From: Tubiluchus corallicola
Taxonomy: Eukaryota; Animalia; Priapulida
Assembly: GCA_030141605.1 (NCBI GenBank)
Contig: JAQGDQ010000022.1
Location: forward strand, 1,195,832 to 1,259,831
Direction of reading: 5' to 3'
DNA: 64,000 nt
Under the pieces are notes generated by a model. It was not told the origin of the DNA, searched no databases, and saw nothing but the letters and a program-made list of their open reading frames with translations. Both the position numbers and the translations under genes were made by a program. Each line of letters starts with the position of its first letter. Position 1 is the first letter of the stretch. This document shows positions 35,385-49,400 of this stretch, piece by piece.

Positions 35385-38300
35385 TCATGTGACATTAAAT
35401 AAGTCGCCCGCAGAAGGCAATGGTGCCAGACCACCAGTCACATCTGGTAACAATGTAAGATCGGGAAGGTTTGACAAGTGTGACTTTAACTCCTTCCGCA
35501 CATTAGTGACATTCGCCAATTTGGTCGTACAATCCTGCAAAAGAAGATTAAAACATGGTAATGCATTTACACTAATTTCAAAAATGTATTATAAATTAAT
35601 TACAATTTTTCCTTGTTCACATAACTATTTGTTGACTAAAGAAACAGCAATAAATGAATTAGTCTAACAAAGCATATATTTTTACTCTAAATTTATTTTT
35701 CATATCTTTGAGCATCCTGAAAGACAAGGTATCACACTCAACGCAAAGGCTACCTAATGCAGCTATCGTGATTACTTAATACGCTCATTACTAAGACCAG
35801 ATAAAGACTGAACAGACAGAATAGTCTCTGCCACATTCAAATACAAAGACACCCTGCTTTACGAGATAAACAACAGATGAAACTGTCCAAAAATTGTTTT
35901 CCTAACAGTCACCCATCCACCTACTGACCAGACCCGGTCTTGTTTAGTTTCGATTGCCAAGGATACACTGTAAATCCGAACTTATCTAATGTTCCTGCCA
36001 CCGTTTTTAATCATAACATACTTCATCTGTAAAGCACAATCACTAGCGAAATAAGTTTCTGTCTTCAGAGTGTCCATTTATTCACACCTTTTGAGATCCA
36101 GTAAAAAGCTGGTCAACCTATGCGTACTAATTATCCAAGATGAGCTGAGCTGGCCCAAATAACACAAACTATAAATATGCCATATGTTTCCCGCTGCTGG
36201 TCTGCTGCCAGGACTATCATATGCAGATTGGTAGGCCTCACATGGTACTTGCTATACAAAGCTTTTTGTTTTGTATTATCAATCAGCATGCTGTGCGCAT
36301 GCTTCTGGAATGTTCAGTTTGTCTATGACGATGAATGACTTCAGTGCATACAATTGGAATCACAAAATTAAGTACAACTGATTAGTCCGGATTTTGTTAG
36401 TAGAAAAGAAAAAGCAGTGTTTATTAGTTATGATAAAATGATAATGGTCCACAGACTGCAAATCACAGTTTCTTGTCTATACGCACAAAGGCGTCCCAAT
36501 ACACATTTGCCTACTATAACACTGTATTAGTGCTCTACATCCTCATATGCTATTTTCAGACCAATTTCTGCCTAGGTATGCAATAAATGAATCAGTTTAT
36601 GCTTCTGAAAGCTCTAATACTAGATGTCATCCATAAGTCAGTTTCAGTACTTCCAATGAAGATCTGGAAATTCTAAACAATGCACACAAGTACTAGACAT
36701 ATCATTCCGGGACATAATAACCTCCAAACTTCCAAGCAATGTATATTCTTAATACTTGTATAAGTAATAAAATCTTTCAAGAGGTGCCCTATCTGTTGCC
36801 ACACCTGCACTTCATATCCCCACAAAAATGGCATCCTAACGGCAGCATTCTAGCTGATTATCATATTTGCTTACCTTCAATCGTTGCTGAGCTTCCTCGA
36901 GTTCTTTCCGCTGGCTGGCGATGAATGCAGTCAACATGCGCGATACATATCTCCTTTCTTCCAATTCCGCAGCTAGTCGACCATTGTAATCATTTAGCAA
37001 TGTCACAGCTTCCTCTACTTGCTTAGCTAGTTTGTCAGCTTCTTGTTTATCTAAGATAATGTCGAAAAAGAGCTGTATAAAAACGCTACCCTCAAAAACT
37101 GATTATTTTGCAGTTTATTTATATGTACACTAGATGCCCACAAGTAAAAATTAGATGTGTCAAGAAACAGCTTGCAATGCTGCAAATAAGTACACTACTG
37201 AACCAACCTTTGAGTTTTTCCAGTAGAGATACATCAGAGACTTCTGGCGGAAAAGAAGAAATTCGCTCCCTTACAGTGGCATCACCGGAAGCTGATTGTT
37301 CAAGTTGTTCTAAAGCTCTGACCAGTTCATCTGCCTAAAATAAGCAGTATGAACATTAAAAACAAACAGGACATATGAACAATAAACCCAATTAGGTAAA
37401 ATCAATTGGAAAGTTATGAGCAGCTATTTAGACATATAGTTTCGCACATCATTATTTCAGTGCATAATATGATTAATAATGATTATGGTTCATGAACAGG
37501 CTTGCTAAACAGAATGAAAACCATCAAATTTCACCTTATCTGATTAATGATGTTTGCCTCTATTTAGGTTCCAAAACTTTTCATAAATAATTGACCATAG
37601 ATTTTAAATTTGGTTGTATCAAATCGACTTCTAAGGCCAATCAAAAATTTGTTTCCTGTTTTCTGTATTTTTTCTTTCCAATATTATAGAAGTAATAATT
37701 ATATAATCATATGACATTGCAAAATATAAAAAAAAATAGGAAAGAAATTTTGAGAAAATAATAACTCATAAAAAGATAAAAATAACTGCTAATTTTTAAT
37801 AAACTGCAAACCAGATTTCATAATTTAAAAAAATGTGGAAATAATAGCTGCTATAAAATACTAAAAGAAACAAAACATTAACATGCCAAAAACTTGCATA
37901 TGCTTCAGTTAATTCAATACATAACCAAAATACTGTTAAACCATAAACCAATCTCGCGATTCAGATGCAAGGAATAGTAATCTTCCCAAAAAGATAATAC
38001 CCGACCTTGCATGTGCACACATGTAGTATGTGCATACTTTAATGCAACCTTACTGAGCAAGAATGAAACTATGCAGCCAAAAAATGATGTTATCGCCTTA
38101 AATAGAAATTTTCCCAAAACATAAAATGTGCTAATAATTGTGCTTGTGTAACAATGAATTGCATGATAGCTCTTATTTCCAATAAAAGTGATTATAGAGG
38201 TGAGACTTGCAAGCGAATTTTTCAAAAATTGCGAAACAACATTCCGTGGAATGTTACCAATATTAAGTTTTCATATTTATCTAATAATTTTCTGGCACTT

Positions 38301-39911
38301 ATGGTTTTAGTATACATAAAATTATAAAAAACTGTAAGCTTTAACCAAACCAAATGTTTCAAACACTCTTCAAAATACCCTTGTTAGTTATTACCCATAT
38401 CCTCAATACCAACCTCTGGCGGATCAAGTGGCTCCTCTGCCTCCACTTCAGCTTCTGTTTCTGCTATTACTTCTTCCAGTTTTTTCTTCTTGGTGACGGG
38501 TGTGGGCTCTGTTTTTTCTCCATTTTTTACAGTTGCTTTCTTCGAGTGATGCTTCTTGCCTACATTGTCAACAAAAATGAAAAATAATAATTTGAACTGA
38601 CTGAACTTGATTTGAATCAGCGGGACCAAAGAAAGGCTTTATAACACAGCACTAGTGCTCAGACTAAAACATATATAGTTTAATGCATAAGACGTATGTA
38701 TAACATTTCAGCATAAATTTAGCAAATCTTTTCCTTGCGTAAGTGTGGAGTTTAGATGCAGTTTTCGATCAACGTTAGTCTTCAAGAGTTGGTTCTGCTA
38801 TATTTACAATGCTATGATTTCAAGCTACCAAAAACTACAAAGACATTATTATTATTATTATTATTATTATTAACATCGCCATCATTACAGTAGATACCAT
38901 TTATTAGACTTACAGTTAATAGAATCAGCCACCTAACTGACTCAAAAGCATCTGGCCACCTCTATTCAAATATACATAAAAATCACCATCTACTGACTCA
39001 AATATTAAGACACTTGTACATACCAAAAAACTTTTAACACTTTTATGTCATTTCTACATTGCTTTGTATACTAAAATGTATTTAGAAAGCTAGAAACAAT
39101 CATGCTAAGTACAACTTGTTTGTAACATGAATTTCCAATATTTTTATCAGTATTATAATTTTATAAGCCAACTTCGTCCTGCAAAAATGAAATGCTGATC
39201 TCGCACGATTTTTTGTAATTATTAGTGTAAGTAAAAAGAATTTAGAAAAACTTATTTTTTTATATTCTTTTTTAATTAATTCATCTATATTATATATATA
39301 TTAGTGCTCTTAAATAATTATACACAGGAATTTAAATGGTAATTCATTTCTAAAATTCATTCAAAGCCGTTGAAGTGTTTGGAGTGTACACTAAGCTAGT
39401 GATTCATATTTCTGTGCTAGTAATACTACACATATGGTTTATTCAGTTAATAGAGTCAAAACACTTCCATCCCAAAGTGAGTTTATTAAGCAGTGTCTAT
39501 TGTACTATTATTACATAATTATTACTATTACTATTATTACCATCATCGAAATTTTTCTTCAGTTGTACTATAACATTGGAATCATATACGCTTCTCTCAC
39601 TCCAAATATTGATCAAACGTTCAACAGAACGTAAAGTCTTTTCTTCTCCTTGCTGGCTAAAATAGCTGTAAAACAAACGATGTTAAAAAGTTGTATAAAT
39701 ACATTATAACAAATTACATAAAGACTAAAAGTTGAAGTAATTAAGATTGCTAACCTTGCGACATGACGAATGGCAGCTGGTAACAAGTCCGCAAATTCTC
39801 TGTTAAAGTCAGGTCCCTTTTTCTTGCTATTCTGAATAACATCATTAGCAAGATACATCAACGTCAGCTTTTTAGCTTGTTGGGCTAGAAAAAAGACAAT
39901 TTAAAAAACCA

Positions 39912-39961
<50 letters not shown>

Positions 39962-42900
39962 ATTATTCAATTATACAAAAAATGAAGTTTAAACTGTCCC
40001 AAAAAAATTCACGCTTACCAGCTTTTCTTGTTTCTGAAAGGCAACTGTGTAAACTGTAACCTTACCAAAAGGGCATAAAAAGTTCAATATTAGGTTGAAT
40101 TTGTGCTGGAAATTTTGCACAATAGTCAATGCTGAGCAAGTTTAGAATTGTGCAGCATCTTACATTTTATCAGAGGAATTTTTAACAATTGTAAACACTT
40201 AAGAACACTTAATAGACCACTCAAGGGGTGTAACCTTCTCTTGAACTGATAAATTCAAGAAGACAAGGTCTGAAAAAAACAAGAAAATGTAATAAAGAAA
40301 TTTTACAACTTTACAAAGAAATTTTAAACAAAAAAGTAAACTAGAACAACATATTCAAGTAAAACACTTTTACACAAAATTCTAAACACCACATTTACTT
40401 GTTTTAGAGTCGAACTTATTAAGGTCCCTCATTCAAACAGTTGCTTATTCAAGCATAGGCACTTTTAAGTGTTAAAACACTTTTTATGGTTGTATGCTGG
40501 ACATATCCAGCAGTACAGTGAATTATCATTTGGGCCAAATAAATCTGACACTACACACAGAGGGTATTGTTGAAGCCAACTAGCTGCCTGCTAGAAACAG
40601 CACAACATTTACTTGTACATTTCACCAGTCAACAACTGACTCATCATTTACATAGTATGCATACACTTGTGGAGCAGGTGTAGACAACATCATGTAAATG
40701 TTGAACAACCCTGTTGGATATTCAAACATGGGTGGTTATTATTTTTCCATTCAGTTTCCTCGGGTGCTTATTTAGACAGCTCTTAATTAAAAGTAACTGC
40801 AAATTTTTATACAGCAAAGTAAAGCACTTAGAAAAAAGAAATGGACAGGGTAGATGTGCTGCAAACTGAAATACTGAGATGATCTAGGTTGGAATATATT
40901 TAGCGGGTGACGGCAAACTTGCCACATGTCCCAAAATCGGTAGCAAATTCTATGTCCTGAGCAGCGTGATCGCAGGGTTTGTCCCAAATTTTGCAAAAAA
41001 CAAAGAACGATCACCAATTATGTGCAATACTATTAATTAATACAGCATACTCCAAAGCTGATGATTATAATAATTAAATATTTCAGATAACATGTGTAAC
41101 ATTAGTAAACTTGTAATGTTGCAAAATGATTAATTATAAAAAGCCACTCTGGGCAACAAAAATCTTCATTTCATAGACCAGGAAAAGGAATGACAAAGCC
41201 TAAAATAACAAGATGGTTGTGCTTCATTAAATAATTAAAACCAATCCAAAGTGTTTATTTAAACATAGCAAATTTCACTGCATTTTAGCATCATCAGTTT
41301 TTTTGATAAACAGGTTTGCCAAAATTATAAATTGCCAGTGCACAACATTAATGGCATTATACTAAGATAGCATATGGGCTATAGAAAAGAAAGCTTAAAA
41401 TTATTTTAGGGCTATATATAGGTACTTGAATTGTTTGATTAAATTATATAAAAGTTGTAGGGCTACAGGTGTATTTATAGCAGCATTTGGAATTTCAATA
41501 AAAGAGTAAGCTTTATCTTTAAGCTATTTAAGTTCATCAATAAAGTTCCACATAGAAAACTCATGTTAAAACTTGCCGCATATGGGATCTCTGGCAAACT
41601 CTACAACTGGATAGAAGATTTTCTTAAAGATCGCTCACAATGCGTTCGAATCAACTTTGAGAAATTTTCATGGGGACCAGTTAGGAGCAGAGTGCCACAG
41701 GGAAGTGGATTAGGGCCTGTACTATTCCTTATGTTCATCAACGATCTACCAGACAATTTAAATCCATCAGTGAAAATCTTTGCCGATGATACAAAAATCT
41801 ACAGGATACTGAGGTCAAAAAGTGACTACCATAGACTCCAGAATGATATTAGCCTATTAGACTCATGGTCACAAACTTGGCAAATGCCTTTCAACATGGA
41901 AAAGTGTAAGGTTCTACACTTAGGGAAAGACAATGTAACTCATAGCTACTATATGCGCAACGATACAAATCAGTCAGTTCCAATAATAGCAGTAACAAAA
42001 CAGAAAGACTTGGGTGTTTTAATTGACCAGTCTCTCATGTTTGATGAACACATTGACAAAATATCTAAACAAGCTAGGAAACGATTATGAATGATAAGGC
42101 GCTCTTTCACCTATATGGATACTGATATGATGGCCATTTTATATAAAATATTCATAAGACCAGTATTAGACATTGGTGATGTTATTTGGTGTCCATCCAA
42201 ATTGCAAGCAGCATGTTAAGGTAGAATCTATACAATGGAAAGACTATCCTTACGTTTCAGAAGAAAAAGAGGTGACCAAATCATGCTGTATCGTGGCAAC
42301 GATCTTACAAGAATTGATAGCAGAATATATTTTTCAGTTAATCCATGTGAAGTGGGATGCAAGATTACAAAGCCCAGATTAGAAACAAGAACAGATTCAT
42401 TTTCAGAGTGATAAACGATGGGAACTCCGTCACCACATCAGCAGCTCAATTCAAGAAGAAACTATACATGTATTGGGAAGATCATCCAATGAAGTTCCTC
42501 TATCTGTTCCAGCCTGAGTGGACTTTAAACATTTTTGTCCAAACTCTATGCAACTTGCACAAATCCTCTTACAGCATGTACTTTGCTCTGTGAAATGCGC
42601 TATCCCTATTTGGACACCTGAGATGTGGTAAATCTACTTGTTCATCAACAGATAGAGGGCGCAAACAGACTGGGTTGCAATAATTTTATGTTAGATTTTA
42701 TACAACAGCACAACTTGACCAATCACCCTTCTTTCTTTTTTAGTGTTCTTCACTGAACTTTCTCTAGCATACCTATCAATATCATGCTCAGGAACCTTGC
42801 ATGTATTAACCTAGAAAAACTGAACAACAAGAGTGTAACCCTAAAACCTTTATGAAATAATGTTGCAAGAGTGTGGTTTACATTGCTTGGAAAAGGGAGC

Positions 42901-43114
42901 TGGAACAAAATCCCCGTGGTTGTATTATTATTATTACCATGAATGCAGACACACTCTTCTTACCTTTTCTCAGTTGCTTGAACCACAAAGCTACTATCTT
43001 TTTCGCATGTTTGCGATGATGAATCAACCACAGGGATAAAGTCTGGATGCTTGGAGCAGTGTTATTTAATTCCATCAGTTTTCTGACGAACGCATCATCA
43101 GAAAAACTAGCCAT
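35385..43114 (-). CDS. RPRD1B: Regulation of nuclear pre-mRNA domain-containing protein 1 (RPRD1A/B, CREPT; CID domain plus coiled coil), 331 aa
   Basis: Exons 43114-42964, 39884-39755, 39656-39541, 38559-38414, 37334-37208, 37050-36875, 35534-35385 (996 nt). Motifs MASFS..., SIQTLSLWLIHHRKH, YLANDVIQNSKKKG, SASGDATVRERI, YNGRLAAELEERR, LPDLTLLPDVTGGLAPLPSAGDLF. Confidence 0.96.
35700..36400 (-). mobile_element. Highly decayed L2/CR1-like LINE remnant in RPRD1 intron 6
   Basis: Only scattered motif relics with frameshifts (YQSAY; LTSFL..SQKV.ING; KLNKT). Confidence 0.3.
39911..39961. repeat. (TA)n microsatellite
   Basis: Directly visible. Confidence 0.9.
41539..42500 (+). mobile_element. 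CR1-clade LINE, 5'-truncated RT C-terminal half and 3' end, in RPRD1 intron 1 (antisense to host)
   Basis: KVPHRKL..GISGKLYNWIEDFL..VPQGSGLGPVLFLMFINDL..IFADDTKI..WQMPFNMEKCKVLHLG..KDLGVLID. After a stop: IRRSF..LYKIFIRPVL..FRVINDGN..FKKKL. Confidence 0.93.
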
Positions 43115-43169
43115 TTTCATAAAAAGTTGTAATATTTCATTACAAACTATTAACACTGCTAACCGTGCA

Positions 43170-43270
43170 ATGTTTTGATTTCTGTTGGATGTGCTGCCAT
43201 CTGTTCTCAGACCTACGCAACCCTATGACGTTCCATGCTCATCGCCAGCGACGCCCGCGCAGCTTTCCAG
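43170..43270 (-). promoter_or_regulatory. Putative RPRD1 promoter, CpG-rich, with CTCF-like motif
   Basis: CpG cluster 43215-43262 and GTGCTGCCATCTGTT (43191-43205) just upstream of the ATG at 43114. Confidence 0.45.
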
Positions 43271-46200
43271 CACCTAACAAGTACAACATACAAGTTATTG
43301 ATAGCAATATTCATTAAAAAACGCATTCAAAGTTTTACTCACAAACTTGTTAATTATAAAATTAATCTATTGTGATTTGTCATAACAAAAATGTAATTGC
43401 ATTGTACTATTGGATTGATGAGGTTTATGAATTTTTTGCTTGACCCCTTAAAAATACACACAACTAAGAAGTAAGAACAGGAAAAGCATGAATAATTTAT
43501 AATCATGAAAAAGTATAATAATTAAACAACGAACCCATATAAAAGATTTCAAATAATTTACAAGTTAATAAGAATAACTTATTGACAAGTTAATCACTTT
43601 ATTGAGATCACTTAATAAACAATGATCTCAACCTTTAACTAGAAAGTGCAAATTTTAAATTAAAGCTACACTTGTCTCCATCATAAAAAATGTCGATGCT
43701 AAATTGAAATACACTCCAGATTTAATGTGTTTTTATATTAACAGTGTTCAGTTTATAATGTTTCATCTTTTTTGTAAATGTTTGATGCTATATTGTAACA
43801 AGCACAATTATTATGCCAATAGTGTTTTCGGACTATTGTCATCTTGTGTAAATTAGTGAAACCGAGTGTACCTTTTAACATTGATGTTACTATGAAAAGG
43901 TGAACAGTATGATAATTTGCACATTTATTACATAATTGATCTTAATCATGTTATCATTATGATAAACTACAAGACACCAATATAAATTTTGAAAATAAAC
44001 AATTATGTACTCAACTTAATTTTTTTATTGAAGGTTAACAGTACAGCATAACTACAAACTAACCACTCTTAAAAACAAGAAAATTTCTAAAGACACTAGA
44101 ACAATTATTATCGTTGATTAGTGCACCTGGCAAACAATAATTTTTGTACAGTAATTCAATGGTTATAGCAGTATGGTGCAACATCAAAAAAGTTTTTAGG
44201 GTAACTACATCCAGCAGTTACCATTCTGTTAAGCGATGTTCTTCAATGACTATAATGATTCCATTATTAAATTGGAAATAAAAAGTGCAAGTCTCAAGTT
44301 ATGCAGTTGTCTCCATTATAAAAAATCTCGGTGTTAAATTGAAGTAAGCTCCAGATTTGAGGAAAGGAAACCTCAATTACTAGTGCATAGGAAAGGAAAC
44401 CCATACAACTAGTGCTGCCTTGATCATTTTTTTTCAGAATGCATACTGTAGGAAAATGTCTGTTTTCATTGTTATGTTAAGCCTTATTAGTGCGTAATAG
44501 TACTGTACTATACATGTACTGTAGCAGGTATAAAAACATTACAAACCTTTCAGAGAATGTATGTTATTTATAATTATAATAATAATAATCACAGCATTAA
44601 TAATAATAACAATAATTGTTATTAAATAATTATATTTCTGTTAAATGGTCAATTAAGTATGCTTTCAGCTTCCATGATTATCATGATTTACAATAAAAAT
44701 AAATTGTGACCAACAACCTAGAATACTAATTAACAGATTTTAATATTACAGCTTGTTTGCAAGAAACACTATGCAGTTAACTGTAACTTTGACAGAGTAA
44801 TGTCGACAAATTTTTTAGCCCTCGCATTGAACTGAAAGCCTTCTCGCTAGGAGCAAGACATTCCACAAAATTGTCGGTTTAAATCCTAAGATCAAAAACT
44901 CATTTCTTTGTATCAATCTTAAAATTTTAATTCTTCCGAATAGTAAAGACATCGAAATTTGATTAAGTGCACAATTACAATAAAACTATCGAAAACTGGC
45001 TTGAATAAGTCAAGATACGACACAGAACCATGTTGGGACACGAAGATGTTTATACATGGCCATGGGTCCATGGCAAGGGCACATTCAACAAAAATGAAGC
45101 ACTATTTGCATACCTTATTACAGTGCAATTAATAGAAATATAACATGACTACATAATTTTGGTCATAAAATCTTTACAAACTCTTTGCCTCAGCAAACAT
45201 TACTAAGTTATGAGATGTATATATACATGATTATTATAATGAAATATGTATACAGCAGTACAAAATTAATACCTTCACTGTTCACACAAACACACAACAC
45301 CTGGGAAAATATTATATAAATGGTTTGCCCCGCAGTAACTCACAGCAATTTAATTAACTGATAAAGCTAATGCTCTCTATTGTGTGAAAAAATGTAACAT
45401 TTACACAAAGGCAATACAGCTAAACATATATGTTTATAACATTGTACAAGTAGGTGTTAACTTTCATATGAAACCCACAAACCATTACTTTGCTATATTA
45501 CTTTGGATACAAGTGTTTTTATTTGTTTTGGTCAACACAGTCATTCACGCATGTAGCCTTTTATTATTGTCAGCTAAGTATACGGAAACAAAAATGTTAG
45601 GTCAGGGACTATGCCTGGTGTAAAGAAAGTATTTGCTTCTGTACAGATAGAAAAATAAACTTACTCCACGGCAAAGCTTATCATTGTCGATCAGTCTGTC
45701 CCCTTGCCACCAAATTTATACAATTTATATACATAATTTAAATATATAACTTTTGCACTTAAGCCTACATAAATATATAGAAATGGACATTACGACTGTG
45801 CCACATAAATATAATACTCTATTGTGTCACATGTCTAAGTACAGGTGTACAGAAAAAGCTAAAAGTTGTACAATTGCAGTGATAAACTAATCACATTGGG
45901 TAGAAACAATATTAGAAGTAAAACTGGATCGATAAACAGTGTTGATTTGAATAAAAATCAGGATCTAGATAGTCTACAGGTAAGAATAGAATAATTTTCT
46001 TCATGCACTTCATGCTTTTAACTGTTCTTCTCTTGAAGTACTTATGTACCCCTTAACCACTCATTGCGGAGTTTTAGATACCTGCTATCTAAGGACAACA
46101 ATTGAGTTGAACATCATTATTGGCATTATGCCAGGGGCTAATATAAGCATGTTATAGGCTTTAATATAACAAAATGTTGTCAGCTTTTATTATGAATCTG

Positions 46201-46498
46201 TGTTGTTATTTTGCTACTTTTTGCAAAAGAAAGCAAAAATTTGGGGGATTGAGAAATGAAAACTTGTGAAAACACAGAAAAAATCAAACTATTTCCTTAC
46301 ACTGCAGCAAATCGTTATGAGTAAATAGTTTAAGCTAGCGCAATATCGAGAAATAAATGCCAATTAATATTTACAGTATTGGGTTCATTAATGCTGTTTC
46401 ACTTGTTTAAAGTACAAAAATATGAACATTACAGATTAGTAAACAAAACAGCAAACAATAATATAAAAAAGCTGATTTGAGTAGACACTCTGAAGGTG

Positions 46499-49400
46499 TT
46501 ATGATGAAGGAAAAAACTGGTCAATTGTTGAATTTTGTGAAGCTGTTTCTATAGGAAGAAGTGATGTAGAATTAACCAGCGGGTTTAATGTAATTACTTC
46601 AATTTTTGTCATCCCAGTATCTTCGTACATTCGCTTAAGTGTATCCATAGTTCCAATTACAGTTCTGAAAATAGAGTTTAATGCTGGTTACTCGTGCTAT
46701 ATTACTGATGAAAGCAAATGTAATCACCATAGCAGGCATTGAGAGCACTTGTGATAATAGGCATACATCAAAAACTTTGAGCACTGGTGTCAGTTAAATT
46801 TGGTGAAAACTTAATCAAGATTGGTGTACAGTGAAATGTACAATCAGGTAGCTCTATTTTCGACACTCCCGCATAGCAGAAGAAAAACAAGGAATTACAT
46901 GTAAATGGCAGTGAAATTGTAATAATACATTATTTCTTAAACTGTTTAGCTTTTGGCAGCAGTTGCAAATTAAAGTAAAAACTGTAGCAATACAATAAAT
47001 GCAGGAGCTTCATTTTTGAGAACATGTTAAACTTACAAAACTTGTGAGAAACGAAACTTACGCAATGATCCCAAGTAAAATGAGTAATGCATCAAACAGT
47101 TTTTGCCTTGTTGACAAATTCCTGAAAAAATCATTTAAACAGAGTATATGCAATGAATTCCACGAAAGACAAAGTTTACTAAAATTAATTCCATAAGTTT
47201 CACCAGTGCTTGAACTACATACTGATCAAAGAAGGAACAGCACACAGCTCTACTGTGAACTTAGGTTTACCAAAGCTACAAATCTACAAGGCAGCAGATA
47301 GCTCCCGGTCTTTAATTTTTACAATGTTTTTGTAAAATTTATCCTACTTTTCAACTTATTAACTGAAACTGGAAATTAATATGACTAACAAACCAACATA
47401 CTATAAAAACAACTTCAAAAATGCTTGTCATTTCTCTAATGTCAAAAAAATGTCTCCCCAGTTGGTTCCTAATTAGCTTACTAAAATACAAATATTAAAA
47501 TGCAGCCGAAAATTTTAACAACAAATAATACCTTTTAAATATTTGGAAGTGAAAAAGTCCAGGCAGTATAAAAGCTAACATTGTGCAGCAAGTGGCCCCT
47601 ACTAAAGCCATTAAATTGGCAAAATTTGGAATCATCAGAACAACTACTCCAGTCACACCAACGAGGACAACACGAAGAGTGGTCTGAAAAGAACGATGGT
47701 AGTTACCTATAGAAACTGTAATAAGACATTAACTCAAGAACAAGAAAAAACTTTTAAGAAAAAGTACTTTGTTTTGTGAGTTCATTGCAATACATCTTTG
47801 CTTAAGAACTGCACTTGTTGTAGCAGATTGTGGTGTTACGTGAACTGTCGTCAAATGAGTTACACTTCCGTACAAAAACTACAATAGAAAGTTTCCGCTA
47901 CAATCGCAGAACACTTTTTCCTTGATTGTGGGAGCTAAACTAACGTCATGCTATCATCGCCATGATCTTAGATTATATCACAAGCTGACTGTAGATTGCT
48001 TTATAGTCAGCATTGAGTTTCTGCATAATTTCAAGCTACATACCATCAACACGTGTACTTTAGTTTATCTGTCTGTTTTGTCCCGACTCGTGATGTCTAA
48101 AAACTTAAATCTTTTAAATTATTTAAAAATTTGTCAGGCAAGTATGTGACTGTAATGGCATCATTTCAGAATTAAAATTTTTGCTGTGTGACTGTAGTTG
48201 AAACTCTCTAATATGTGTTCCGCCAGCACTTTGCCAAAAGCTCAATACCACTTAACTTGCATAACTCAAACATTATGCACATTTTAGTGCTTACAGCTTT
48301 ACGTTACCTTTCATCAAACAAAATATTCATTGCAATAGTGATGAAGGCGACTATACAAATCTGTATAAAATTATAGGAACGTAGTAAACAAAGACACCAA
48401 TTTACATTTAGTTTCCAGTGCTGTGAACTTTCGTTATAGTTTAACCTAGATATTCAAGCTTTGATGTCCTTCTGCTTCTAACAGCACACATGCAAAAAAC
48501 TGAAGATTAGTGACTGAACACAACTTATTTCCAAAATAGTCATGGTTTCATCTTAATGCAGTAAACATGCAAAGTTTATTAAGACCTTGAAATGCATGAA
48601 TCACTTCTCAGCTAGAAAGTGATTCAGTTATTCTTAGAGCAATAAATAAAGTTTTAGTGCTTTTAAGTAAAGCCCAAAAAATTAAAATTAAGACAAAATA
48701 ATCATGGTCAAGTGATAAAATGGGTGATAGCATTTAGGTTTATTAAAATGAATTGTCACTAAACAGGCTATCATTAATTTTATTGGTTCAGCGTACCTCA
48801 TAAAATCTATTTCTAGTTTCTCCTAGTAATCTAGATTCTAGCATTTGTGTGACTGGAAACATCATCACTGAAATAGACACAAAAGTAACTATTTACACAA
48901 ACAAAGACTAAACTATGAATAGATGAATGGAAGGCCTTGTAAAATGTCTACAGTTTGCACTCCAAATTTGAAATTCACATTATTTTAATTTGATCACAAC
49001 ATTTTGCTGAATGTGCTTTACAGTTAAGCTGATTAAAACCAACAGTTTGAAAAAAGGGGGCAGCACAACAGATACGTTCAAGCTTTGGCATTCATTTGTT
49101 ACACAGAAACATACGCAAATTTTCAAGCTAGAGTGACAATGATAACAATGTGACTACACAATAGCATAAACACGTATGTATTCATGCTGTGGATATCATA
49201 ACAAACAACACATGCAGAATTAACATAATAAGAAATGAAGTCAATATTTCTTTTCATAAGCTGACAATGACAAAAGACAAGTGTTGAGAATTTATTAATA
49301 CCATGAAGCTCTGCAAAAGATTTATCACAGCAATCAAAATGGATATATTTGAAACTGCAATTACCTGATACTTCAAAATACTACCATATTTTAATGTTAC